Below are positions 19,201-27,592 of a stretch of DNA of 51,876 nt, piece after piece. The notes under the pieces are model-generated. The model saw only the letters and a program-made list of their open reading frames with translations, had not been told where the DNA came from and made no database searches. Source of the DNA: Alphaproteobacteria bacterium (GTDB lineage: Bacteria > Pseudomonadota > Alphaproteobacteria > HIMB59 > GCA-002718135); contig JBJKYT010000016.1 of NCBI GenBank assembly GCA_045560915.1, positions 1-51,876 on the forward strand, given 5' to 3'. A program made the translations under genes and the position numbers. Within the stretch, counting starts at the first letter, position 1, and each line of letters begins with the position of its first letter.

Positions 19201-19551
19201 GGAAAACTAATGGATACAAAGTTTAAGGAAAAATGGGAGTTAGACCAATCAAGTGTTTCAATTAACGATTATGGTCTTAGTGATTATAAAGGACGTAAAA
19301 TTGCAACTTTCATTACAGATATTAACTTTAGATTGATGAATAGAGATTTGGGTGAGTATGAAATTATGTGTATTCGGTTGGCAATTATTGCAGATAGTGA
19401 ATTCTCTCGTTGGAGAGAGCCAGAGGCTGCTTTTTGTAAAGTGGATGATGATAAAAATTTAACTGAAGAAGAATTATACGAAAAGTATAAAAATGCATTT
19501 GATAATTACAAAAAAAGATTAAATTTTCAAAGTGCATGGGTTGTTGAATAA
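16249..19551 (+). CDS. Large secreted/envelope protein with a peptidoglycan-binding module, internal duplication and coiled coil; function unknown
   Basis: 1100 aa with an N-terminal signal peptide (FLVLFLSSASFA). A PG_binding_1-like segment reads AQTALNKLGFYGGVIDGLFGRVSIKALNEWQEQAGL. Two ~150-aa paralogous modules flank it, followed by a Lys/Glu coiled coil (QKKKEQLEKEKKLKEERLKAEG). Confidence 0.7.
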   Translation: MKNIFIAFFLVLFLSSASFAISKKEAIYQNGNELHEWSLKAGFHISWMECATGGNGSKVAKTIKQEVAKLSWPDFKLLNVGINTSSSNPPKFVGFFCNSGVNKFDMVEAKLKNYVTELKLLVLTNGSQITATSKTNSDDSEIIETKDSVKAEEVKAKKITEQEIIDGQDDSKDSSTSSTTDTKQVFEDQSENNKELQEAQHYINDLLNYIKINPSTFDIIEITKFMIGNKNILDGSWTDLEKEGFELFKNYTEASKDFLDFHNKNNDLREEEAANNLVTAENQLKELINYFTYFLQNNLTSVLASDILSNIDLAKDSLSSKEINKLNGITDSLNTFIKDKNLTSDYQEFQNQQINAESTKKEIKKETKKEEKKINNNLITLKGDFKRAQTALNKLGFYGGVIDGLFGRVSIKALNEWQEQAGLTITTTISFDLLTTLENAANNSNQVVVKQEIIEDTETLNATTYNAEQLAAQYFLNDFLIFIKDNPSSFDIIEITELISVNKAILAGQWNEVQQKDFIQFKNYVSISDEFIKFHSKQNDQRQKDILNKIATQNTKLKNIISYLKFYLQNNITSDIATIVIKNIKYAEKSLEDQNLGVLISANNELEKFINNQNLTNEYKDHVSALSSPDDLVTTSTINEVDLVSFDIIKNASDSDFITLVNLSGKAPNAILNLEGKVVFEKDIALSCFYQSKTIKNDLKYYLYDKVANKKFLAFDQGFECNQNNLLNYDLIFFKKDALLREDKSYVSSLVAAIASDHLQLFSMISKKEYEKDFLQREMFAEQISEDVLNETRLGFGSLIIDNDNTSLCTDVNSSLGHISIMNLLANEFTRMGYGKSVNDVVFNNTEDTFINVQRGNCGFIYAGEESLKNLMIAFENSNTKFSVLPIWLSNKQVADEQERQENKEKSVLVDLQKKKEQLEKEKKLKEERLKAEGILKAQEEKALRDRNRVVVEAHVELIENEIKILFNKDKFKETWLYESYPNLGKLMDTKFKEKWELDQSSVSINDYGLSDYKGRKIATFITDINFRLMNRDLGEYEIMCIRLAIIADSEFSRWREPEAAFCKVDDDKNLTEEELYEKYKNAFDNYKKRLNFQSAWVVE
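16843..17295 (+). repeat. Protein-level repeat module 1 of the 1100-aa protein
   Basis: AQHYINDLLNYIKINPSTFDIIEITKF...FELFKNYTEASKDFLDFHNK...YFLQNNLTS...NLTSDYQEF aligns along its length with module 2. Confidence 0.75.
17659..18114 (+). repeat. Protein-level repeat module 2 of the 1100-aa protein
   Basis: AAQYFLNDFLIFIKDNPSSFDIIEITEL...FIQFKNYVSISDEFIKFHSK...FYLQNNITS...NLTNEYKDH. It is diverged at the DNA level but has the same order of conserved blocks as module 1. Confidence 0.75.
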
Positions 19552-19579
19552 GTAATTTTTTTATGACAAAAGATTTTTT

Positions 19580-20410
19580 ATGAAGGTTGAGCTATTATCT
19601 GGGGCATTAGGAGCAGAAATTACAGGTATAGATTTACGTGATACATCAGACAATAACTTTAAAATAATCAAAGATCTCTTGTTGGAACACAAAGTAATTT
19701 TTTTTCACAAACAAAATATTTCTCATCAAGAACAAATTGATATTGCCAAGTGTTTTGGTCCTATAGAGCATCACGCGTATGTTAAAGGATTACCTAATCA
19801 TCCTGAAATATTAAGAATTGTTAAAGAGCCATATGAAAAAAACAATTGGGGAGAAAATTGGCATAGTGATGTAAGTTATAATCCTGAGCCTACTCAAGCT
19901 GTTATTTTAAAATCTGTTGAAATACCTCCAATTGGTGGCGATACAATGTTTGCTAATATGGAGCTTGCATGGGAAACAATAGATGAGAAATTAAAAGATC
20001 AAATAATAGATAAAAAAGCCTTACATAGTTCTCTTGGAATGTCATTTTTTGTAGATAATTATGCTGGAATGGAGGCAAAAAAAGTAGATATAGATGAATA
20101 TTCTAATGAGCATCCAATAGTAAGAACACATCCTGAAACAGGAAAAAAAATTTTATATGTAAATTGGACTTATACAAAAAAAATTATAGGATTAAGTAAA
20201 AAAGAAAGTGATGAGCTATTGATGAAAATTTTTAAGCATCAAGAAAGATTAGAATTAACATGTAGATTTAGGTGGACTAAAAATGCAGTGGCAATATGGG
20301 ATAATAGAAGCGTGATACATTATGCAATAGCTGACTATTTTCCTAATAGAGGTTTAGGGCACAGAAGGATTATGGACCGAGTAGCCATTAAAGGAGATAA
20401 ACCTTTTTAA
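19580..20410 (+). CDS. TauD/TfdA-family Fe(II)/2OG dioxygenase (second copy)
   Basis: 276 aa with NWHSDVSY (HxD), PIVRTHPETG, AIWDNRSVIHYA and HRRIMDRVAI. Confidence 0.85.
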   Translation: MKVELLSGALGAEITGIDLRDTSDNNFKIIKDLLLEHKVIFFHKQNISHQEQIDIAKCFGPIEHHAYVKGLPNHPEILRIVKEPYEKNNWGENWHSDVSYNPEPTQAVILKSVEIPPIGGDTMFANMELAWETIDEKLKDQIIDKKALHSSLGMSFFVDNYAGMEAKKVDIDEYSNEHPIVRTHPETGKKILYVNWTYTKKIIGLSKKESDELLMKIFKHQERLELTCRFRWTKNAVAIWDNRSVIHYAIADYFPNRGLGHRRIMDRVAIKGDKPF

Positions 20411-20444
20411 TTTCAAAACTAAATTATTTAAACAAGATTGGTTT

Positions 20445-21941
20445 TTAAGTTATTTTGATCCAAGTTGATTTTACTTGAAGATAATTTTCTAGAGCTTGTG
20501 CACCGTTATCTCTTCCAATTCCAGATTGTTTATATCCACCAAGAGGTATTGTTGAGTCAACACCTTCCTCATAGTTATTTATATAAACTGTTCCTGCACG
20601 AATTTCTCTTGAGGCCTTTATTGCTTTGTTAATATCATTCGTCCACACACCAGCTGCTAGTCCATATTCAGAGTCATTGGCAATTGAAACAGCCTCATCA
20701 AAATTAGAAAAAGCTAAAGTTGTTAACACGGGTCCAAAAATTTCTTCTTGAGCAATCTTCATATTGTTCTTAACATTTTTAAAAATAGTAGGCTCAAAAT
20801 AACAACCACCTGTTTCTTTCATTGTTATATTTCCACCGACTTCAATATCAGCCCCCTCTTTTTTACCTATATTTACATATTTATTTATTTTTTCTAACTG
20901 TTCAGTATTTACTATTGCTCCAGCAAATGAATCTGGATTTAGCGGATCTGAAGGTTGCATTTTTTTACTTAATTGAACAACTTTATTGATGAAGTCTTTT
21001 TCAATATCTTTTTGGATTATAAGTCTAGATCCTGCTGAACAAACCTCACCTTGATTTCCAAAGATAGCATAAGCAGATGCTTCTGCAGCTCTGTCAAGAT
21101 CATCACAATCTGCAAAAATAATATTTGGAGATTTTCCGCCACACTCCAGTTGAACTCTTTTCATATTGGATTGACCGGAATACTGAAGTACTAGTTTGCC
21201 AACTTCGCCGGATCCAGTAAAAGCTACACAATCAATATCATTATGAAGACATAATGATTTGCCTGTAATAGGCCCATCTCCTGGAAGTACTGAAAATACT
21301 CCATCAGGTACTCCAGCTTCAGAGAGCAAAGCACCAATTTTAATAGCGCTCATCGGAGATTGTTCTGCAGGTTTTAATATAACAGAATTACCAGTAATAA
21401 GCGCTGGAGCAATTTTCCATATTGCCATCCATAATGGATAATTCCAAGGTACTATCGCTGCTACAACTCCAATTGGCTCTTTGGTAATTAAGCCCAAATA
21501 TTCTTTTGAACTTGGTGAAATGTCATCAAAAAGTTTATCAATTATTTCAGCATACCATTCAATATTATCTATGCTAGTTGGTAAGTCAGCATTGTAAGTA
21601 TCATTAATTGTTTTACCCATGTCTATGGTATCAAGGAGTGATAACTCCAAACGATCTCTTTCCAATAGTATAGCAAATTTTAAAAGTATTTTTTTTCTTT
21701 CACCTGGTGAAAGATTTGACCAATATCCTTTATTAAAAGTTTCTTTAGCTTTAGAAACAGCTAAATCAATATCTTCTTGCTCAGCAAAAAAAACTTGATT
21801 TACAATACTTCCGTCAATTGGAGAAATATTTTCAAATGATTTTTCTGAAATTGATTTTTGATATTTTCCATTAATAAATAATTGAGAGGGATAACTTAGA
21901 TTAGATTTTGTTTTTTTAATATTTTCAAAGGTTAAACTCAT
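20445..21941 (-). CDS. NAD(P)-dependent aldehyde dehydrogenase (PuuC/AldH-like)
   Basis: 498 aa. It has the catalytic blocks LECGGKSPNIIF and FGNQGEVCSAGSRL, a Rossmann-type FTGSGEVG block and the C-terminal EEIFGPV and GGYKQSGIGR blocks. Confidence 0.92.
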   Translation of the reverse strand: MSLTFENIKKTKSNLSYPSQLFINGKYQKSISEKSFENISPIDGSIVNQVFFAEQEDIDLAVSKAKETFNKGYWSNLSPGERKKILLKFAILLERDRLELSLLDTIDMGKTINDTYNADLPTSIDNIEWYAEIIDKLFDDISPSSKEYLGLITKEPIGVVAAIVPWNYPLWMAIWKIAPALITGNSVILKPAEQSPMSAIKIGALLSEAGVPDGVFSVLPGDGPITGKSLCLHNDIDCVAFTGSGEVGKLVLQYSGQSNMKRVQLECGGKSPNIIFADCDDLDRAAEASAYAIFGNQGEVCSAGSRLIIQKDIEKDFINKVVQLSKKMQPSDPLNPDSFAGAIVNTEQLEKINKYVNIGKKEGADIEVGGNITMKETGGCYFEPTIFKNVKNNMKIAQEEIFGPVLTTLAFSNFDEAVSIANDSEYGLAAGVWTNDINKAIKASREIRAGTVYINNYEEGVDSTIPLGGYKQSGIGRDNGAQALENYLQVKSTWIKIT

Positions 21942-22021
21942 TGTTGACCATATATACTATTATTTTTTTTTAAGCATCCTTTTTAAAGCTGATAAATGTG
22001 AAATCTCGCTATGAGTAAATT

Positions 22022-22528
22022 TTAAAAATTTATTTTTTTTATACAAAAAGAATATAGCATTAAAAAAAATCCCCAAAAAATAACCATTGTTGTCATAGCT
22101 AAAGTTATATTGTTACTAGAAGCTATATCCAGCGGTATACCTAAATAATATGTAGGAGGAGCAAGTACGGCACCTATTAAAAAGGATAGCAATAAATAAT
22201 TTTTTAAAAAAACAAGAACATTTACAAATAAAGTTGTAAAACTAGGCCAGAGAACTAAAAACCAAATTGGCATATAGCCTATCATAATATTAGATTTAAT
22301 ATTAAATAGTTGAGTATATCCAAGAATACTATCAAACAAATATCCAATAAATGAAAAGAGCAGACATATTTTTAATGCTCGAATTTTAAATTTAACAAAA
22401 TAGAAAAAAGTAGACAAATATAAAATTCCTACAACAATACCAAGTAAAGGATAATTGTAATATTCACCAAAAACACAAAATATCCATGTTAATTGATATC
22501 CTGTTAGTGTTAAAAATATGTTTTTCAT
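22022..22528 (-). CDS. Small multi-pass membrane protein (DUF2878-like, tentative)
   Basis: 168 aa with ~5 predicted hydrophobic helices. The family assignment is from memory of the N-terminal YQLTWIFCVFG pattern only. Confidence 0.45.
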   Translation of the reverse strand: MKNIFLTLTGYQLTWIFCVFGEYYNYPLLGIVVGILYLSTFFYFVKFKIRALKICLLFSFIGYLFDSILGYTQLFNIKSNIMIGYMPIWFLVLWPSFTTLFVNVLVFLKNYLLLSFLIGAVLAPPTYYLGIPLDIASSNNITLAMTTMVIFWGFFLMLYSFCIKKINF

Positions 22529-22625
22529 AAATTTGTGTAAATATATAGTGTATTATATTTAATATTGTATTTATTTATTATCTAAAATTTTGTACTATTT
22601 TTTTTAATTGCAAGATTGATTTAAG

Positions 22626-23543
22626 ATGACTGAAAAAAACTCAAATTATAAAGATGTGGATGTAACAAGTCCAGGAAACTCAGATTTAAATAATATAAAT
22701 GAAAAAATAGATTTTATGAATATTGATGAGACAGATTTTGAATCGATGTCTCTAGGAGAAAAAAAACGCCATCTTGAAGTCGAAGGATATACTATTCTTC
22801 CTAAAGCTGTAGATGCTTCAAAGATTGAACAGATAAAAAAAGAAATGAAAGATGCACCTATGCAGACAAAGGATTATAGTGACTGCCAGACTTTTCATTT
22901 AGAGCCACAATGGTATAGTCCTGCAGTTGCGTCCTTGATAGCTAACCCACCAGTAGTTGAATTTCTTGAAGAGTTATGTGGTCCAGAAATAATTTTTACA
23001 AGAGGTTTTTTTCATCGAACACTTCCGGGCTCACCTCCCGTATCAATGCATACTGATGGACAGCCCTTCGGCTCTTCAATTTTTGGATATGAGGGAAGTT
23101 CTCCTAAACTTTTACGTGTAATTTATTATTTTGATGATTTAAATAAAGAACGTGCACCGTTTAGAATTTTACCGCGATCCCATCTTTCTTTTCATGCTGA
23201 AGCTAATCCATATAAAAGATATAAATCTCATCCAGAAGAAATCACTATATGTGCCGAAGCAGGAACTGCTATAGTTTTCCCAGTTAATATATTTCATGGT
23301 GTTCATCCCAATTTAGCTGATACTCGTCGTACGATGGTACAATTTGGTTATCGTCCAATTTGGGCAGGCCCCATCAAACCTATGGAAGAGTGGGACCCTG
23401 AACTTGTAGAAAAGGCGCCCAAAGAAACTAAACGTTTTCTTAAAAGTGTTAACAGTTCAGGAGTTGAATGGGAGCAGCCTCACAAACCCAAAGGAATGAA
23501 ATCAGAAGCCTCAGCTATTAATCCTAGTAGGTGGAATAAATAA
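22626..23543 (+). CDS. PhyH-family Fe(II)/2OG oxygenase (second copy)
   Basis: 305 aa with EVEGYTILPKAV at the start of the N-terminal domain, SMHTDGQPF (HxD), FHGVHPN (distal His) and RRTMVQFGYR. Confidence 0.75.
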   Translation: MTEKNSNYKDVDVTSPGNSDLNNINEKIDFMNIDETDFESMSLGEKKRHLEVEGYTILPKAVDASKIEQIKKEMKDAPMQTKDYSDCQTFHLEPQWYSPAVASLIANPPVVEFLEELCGPEIIFTRGFFHRTLPGSPPVSMHTDGQPFGSSIFGYEGSSPKLLRVIYYFDDLNKERAPFRILPRSHLSFHAEANPYKRYKSHPEEITICAEAGTAIVFPVNIFHGVHPNLADTRRTMVQFGYRPIWAGPIKPMEEWDPELVEKAPKETKRFLKSVNSSGVEWEQPHKPKGMKSEASAINPSRWNK

Positions 23544-23602
23544 TATTTGTAATTTATTTAGATAGAGACCCAGTTTCCTAATCTATATAGGTACTGAAAC
23601 TT

Positions 23603-24268
23603 ATGTTAAAAAAAATAATTTATGCATTAACGCTTAAAACAATTCCTAAACTTTATTGGAGTTCTTCACATGAATATAATTTAAAACCAAAAATAGTAAC
23701 TGTTTTATATTTAATTTTTGGGTTAATATTATTTGGTTTAGGTGAGACATTAATAGTAACAGCAAATATTGGAGTTAGCCCTTGGTTCGTGCTTCATCAG
23801 GGATTGTCTTTTATCACTGGTTATACAATTGGAATAACTACATTTATAGTTAGTGTAATTTCCCTACTATTTTGGTTTCCATTAAAGCAAAAACCAGGAA
23901 TTGCCACAATTCTAAATGCTATACTGATATCGATAGTTATTGATTTATCTTTACCATTTTTACCAAAACCAGATATTTTTTTATTACAATTATTCCAAGT
24001 AATTTTTTCAATACTAATCATTGGAATAGGAAGTGGATTTTATTTAGCAGCTAACTTAGGTCCAGGTCCAAGGGACGGACTTATGACGGGCATCAATAAG
24101 CAAACTGGTTTATCTTTTTCTCTAATCAGATTACTGCTTGAATTAAGTGTGGTTGTTTTAGGTTTTTATTTAGGTGGCATAATTGGTATAGGAACTGTTT
24201 TATATGCGGTAGGAATAGGTTATTCTGTTTCTCTAGGATTATTTTTAGTGGGAAGAATTTATAAATAA
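23603..24268 (+). CDS. YczE/YitT-like integral membrane protein
   Basis: 221 aa with ~6 hydrophobic helices. The pattern GLGETLIVTANIGVSPWFVLHQGLS...GPGPRDGLM recalls the YczE family. Confidence 0.5.
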   Translation: MLKKIIYALTLKTIPKLYWSSSHEYNLKPKIVTVLYLIFGLILFGLGETLIVTANIGVSPWFVLHQGLSFITGYTIGITTFIVSVISLLFWFPLKQKPGIATILNAILISIVIDLSLPFLPKPDIFLLQLFQVIFSILIIGIGSGFYLAANLGPGPRDGLMTGINKQTGLSFSLIRLLLELSVVVLGFYLGGIIGIGTVLYAVGIGYSVSLGLFLVGRIYK

Positions 24269-24331
24269 AAGTTATTAGTAGCGAATTAATTGTAATTAAT
24301 CTATTGGCCGTCGTGAAATAACATAAATTAA

Positions 24332-26139
24332 ATGACTAGTAATATTAGAAATATAGCAATAATTGCGCACGTTGATCATGGTAAAACGACATTGATAGAT
24401 AGTATCATGAAACAGAGTGGCAGTTTTAGAGAAAATCAAGCTGTTGATGAAAGACTAATGGACTCAGGAGACTTAGAAAAAGAAAGAGGAATTACTATAT
24501 TGGCTAAACCAACATCGATTACATGGAAAGATAGCAGAATAAATATCATTGATACTCCTGGTCATGCAGATTTTGGTGGTGAAGTTGAGAGAGTGTTGGG
24601 TATGGCAGATGGTGTAATATTACTTACCGATGCTGCAGAAGGACCTATGCCTCAAACCAAATTTGTTTTAGGTAAGGCATTGAAACAAGGATTAAAACCA
24701 ATAGTTGTCATTAATAAAATTGATAGAAGTGATGGTCGTCCAGAGGAAGTAGTAGATGAAGTTTTTGATCTTTTGTTGCTCTTGAAGCAAACGATGATCA
24801 ACTTGATTTTCCTATATTGTATGCTTCAGGAAGAGATGGTTGGTGTATGAAAGAGTTAGAAGATCCAAAGGAAAATTTACATTTATTACTTGATCTAGTT
24901 ATTGATTATGTACCTCCTCCTCAAGTAGAATTAAATAAGCCATTCGCTATGCTTGTAACATTATTAGACTCTGATCCTTTCCTAGGAAGATGTTTAGTAG
25001 GTCGAGTAGAGCAAGGAAGTGCCGATGTTAATGCAAATGTTCATGCAATAAATTTAGATAAAAAAATAATTGAAAAAGGAAGAATGACAAAATTATTTCG
25101 TTTTGAAAGTAATAACAAGGTTCCAGTTGAAAAAGTTCAAGCTGGAGAAATAATTTGCATTGCTGGATTAAAAGACGCATCTGTTTCTGATACAATTAGT
25201 GATCCATTGGTTATTGTTCCCCTTCAGTCTACACCTATAGACCCCCCAACAATGTCAATTACAATAACTGTTAATACATCTCCTCTAGCGGGTCTAGATG
25301 GAGCAAAAGTAACTTCAACAATGATACGTCAAAGATTAATGGATGAAGCAGAGTCAAATGTTGCAATAACATTTATGGAGAACAATAATAAAGATTCTTT
25401 TGAAATTGGTGGGAGAGGTGAATTACAATTAGGTGTTTTGATTGAAACAATGCGAAGAGAAGGATTTGAAATGTCAGTTTCAAGACCTAGGGTAATCTAT
25501 AAAGAAGATGACCAAGGCAATAAACTTGAGCCTATGGAAGATGTAACTATTGATGTTGATGAAAAATTTTCAAGCTCTGTTATTGATAGCATGAATAAAA
25601 GAAAAGCAGAGATGCTGGATATGAAAAGTGCTGGATTTGATAAAAGTAGAATTTTATTTCGTGTACCCTCAAGAGGTTTAATTGGTTATCAAAGTATGTT
25701 TTTGACTCAAACAAAAGGAACAGGTGTTTTGAATAGAATTTTTTACTCTTATGATTTGCATAAAGGTCAATTTGCAGGAAGAAAGACTGGGGTATTAATT
25801 GCAACAGAAACAGGAACATCAGTTGCTTTTGCTTTATGGAAATTACAAGATCGTGGACCTATGTTTATAAATCCCCAAACTAAAGTTTATCAAGGAATGA
25901 TAATTGGGGAGCATACGAGGGAAAATGATTTGGATGTTAATGTTCTTAAAGGTAAGCAATTAACTAATGTAAGAGCTTCTGGAACTGACGAAGCAGTAAC
26001 TCTTATGCCTCCTAGAAAAATGTCATTGGAACAAATGATAGCTTATATAAAAGAAGATGAACTGCTGGAAGTTACACCTAAAAATTTAAGACTCAGAAAA
26101 AGATTTTTAATACCTCATGAAAGAAAAAAAGCATCTTAA
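24332..26139 (+). pseudogene. typA: GTP-binding translation factor TypA/BipA, reading frame interrupted once
   Basis: The ORFs 24332..24850 and 24817..26139 together encode a full TypA ([27 protein letters not shown], then domains II-V). Homology leaves the first frame right after ...EVFDL at the T4 run 24771-24774. One extra T would restore ...[26 protein letters not shown]. Confidence 0.9.
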
Positions 26140-26163
26140 ATTTAATTAGTAAGTCTTCAGTAT

Positions 26164-26487
26164 TTAATCTTTTCTAAAAACTTCTTCTAATTCTACCCAT
26201 CCCTCAAATTTTTCTTGGTGTTCAAGAGGTCTAAACATATTTTCATGAAATTTTTCCCATTCTATAAATCTCGGATCATTTTTCATTTTTGTCATATCTT
26301 TTTCAAAATCATCACCATGATATTCAAAAAAAGCAAAAAGTCTGTCTTCTTGAGCAAAAATTGAATAATTTTTAATTTTACTCTCTGAAATTTTCTCTAA
26401 TATATCAGGCCAAACATCAGAGTGAGTTTTTTTATATTCTGCTATAAGCTCTGGCTTAATACCAATTACTAACCCTTTTCTAATCAT
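26164..26487 (-). CDS. L-rhamnose mutarotase-like (RhaM/DUF718) protein
   Basis: 107 aa with the pattern G.VIGIKPE...EYKK.H..VWPD+...I....I.NYSIF...+.LF..+EY.G.DF..DM.KM, which matches the RhaM family. Confidence 0.7.
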   Translation of the reverse strand: MIRKGLVIGIKPELIAEYKKTHSDVWPDILEKISESKIKNYSIFAQEDRLFAFFEYHGDDFEKDMTKMKNDPRFIEWEKFHENMFRPLEHQEKFEGWVELEEVFRKD

Positions 26488-26539
26488 AATATTTATTTTA
26501 AATTTTTTTTACCAGATTGTAAATTTTAAAGCTTAATAC

Positions 26540-26956
26540 CTATTCAAATTTATCTGAGTAAAACCAAGGAATTAATACTGTCAAAAAAATATATAAACAA
26601 AAAAACAATACTATAGGTAATAAAATATTATAGATTCCAATTGTAGCTATTGGACCAAAAATAGAAGCGTAAATTGTGAATAGTATATTTGAACTTAAAA
26701 ACCAATAACCCCCTGATTTTTTAAGTTTATATAAAAGAAATATTCCATAAATTATACCAATCTCAAAAATTATGAAAATAATCAAATCTATTGTTGTGGG
26801 TTTGATAAAAGAATCTACTCCTGGGAAACTTGCACCTTCTCCAAAATAACCAATAATTACAAATCTATAAATTGTATCAATTGCATCTCCAGCTAAGAGA
26901 ATTATCATTACCCAATATACCAACTTAAATGAATTTTCTTTAAAACTTCCACTCAC
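26540..26956 (-). CDS. Hypothetical 4-TM membrane protein
   Basis: 138-aa ORF with four hydrophobic segments and no recognisable family. Confidence 0.45.
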   Translation of the reverse strand: MSGSFKENSFKLVYWVMIILLAGDAIDTIYRFVIIGYFGEGASFPGVDSFIKPTTIDLIIFIIFEIGIIYGIFLLYKLKKSGGYWFLSSNILFTIYASIFGPIATIGIYNILLPIVLFFCLYIFLTVLIPWFYSDKFE

Positions 26957-26966
26957 AGTAATAAAA

Positions 26967-27443
26967 TTATTTATATTTTATTGATCTATTTACTGGCAAA
27001 GGTTTTGATTCTTCTTTTTCTGGAATCACATAAGCTATAGCACAATGATCTAAACAATATGGCTTATCATCGAATCTTTCTTTACCACAAAAATGAAAAT
27101 CAGATTCATCAGGATGACCAACTGGCCATTCACAACCTCTCTTTGAGCTTGAAATAAAAATGTTTTTAACAGAGGTTTGAAAATTGACAGTATTAATTTG
27201 ATTTGCTTCTGAGTCTTGTTTTTCAAAATTTAATTTTGGCATTACTGGTGAGCGTGCTTTTTTCCTATCTGGCTTAACGGCTGTTCTTCTTATCGGTGAA
27301 GGTCTTCTTTCTAATCCAATCCTATGAGCCTTACCAACTACAGCATTTTTTGTAAAACCTAGCAATTTACCTATTTGAGCGGTAGGAAGTCCTTGATCCC
27401 ATAACTCTTTTAAGCGAAGGACATTATCATCATTCCAAGACAT
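26967..27443 (-). CDS. gcrA: GcrA cell-cycle regulator
   Basis: 158 aa. It has the N-terminal MSWNDDNVLRLKELWDQGLPTAQIGKLLGFTKNAVVGKAHRIGL block and the C-terminal CEWPVGHP...FCG...YC..H block, both diagnostic of alphaproteobacterial GcrA. Confidence 0.9.
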   Translation of the reverse strand: MSWNDDNVLRLKELWDQGLPTAQIGKLLGFTKNAVVGKAHRIGLERRPSPIRRTAVKPDRKKARSPVMPKLNFEKQDSEANQINTVNFQTSVKNIFISSSKRGCEWPVGHPDESDFHFCGKERFDDKPYCLDHCAIAYVIPEKEESKPLPVNRSIKYK

Positions 27444-27592
27444 AAATTATATACTCTCCTTAAAATAGTCTCTATATATAGTATCTTGGATATAGACTAA
27501 TATACTAAATATGTATTTTTTTAAAGAAAAAACTGCCATTTTTTTAAAAAAAAGTAGAAAAACTGTGGTTAAATAGGGTAAAAAATTGAATA

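Noticed and set aside
24765-24780. Programmed -1 ribosomal frameshift or transcriptional slippage in typA
   Set aside because: The site C-TTT-TG is not an X-XXY-YYZ heptamer, I saw no downstream stimulatory structure, and the T-run has only four bases. No TypA is known to need recoding, so a sequencing error or a mutation is more parsimonious.
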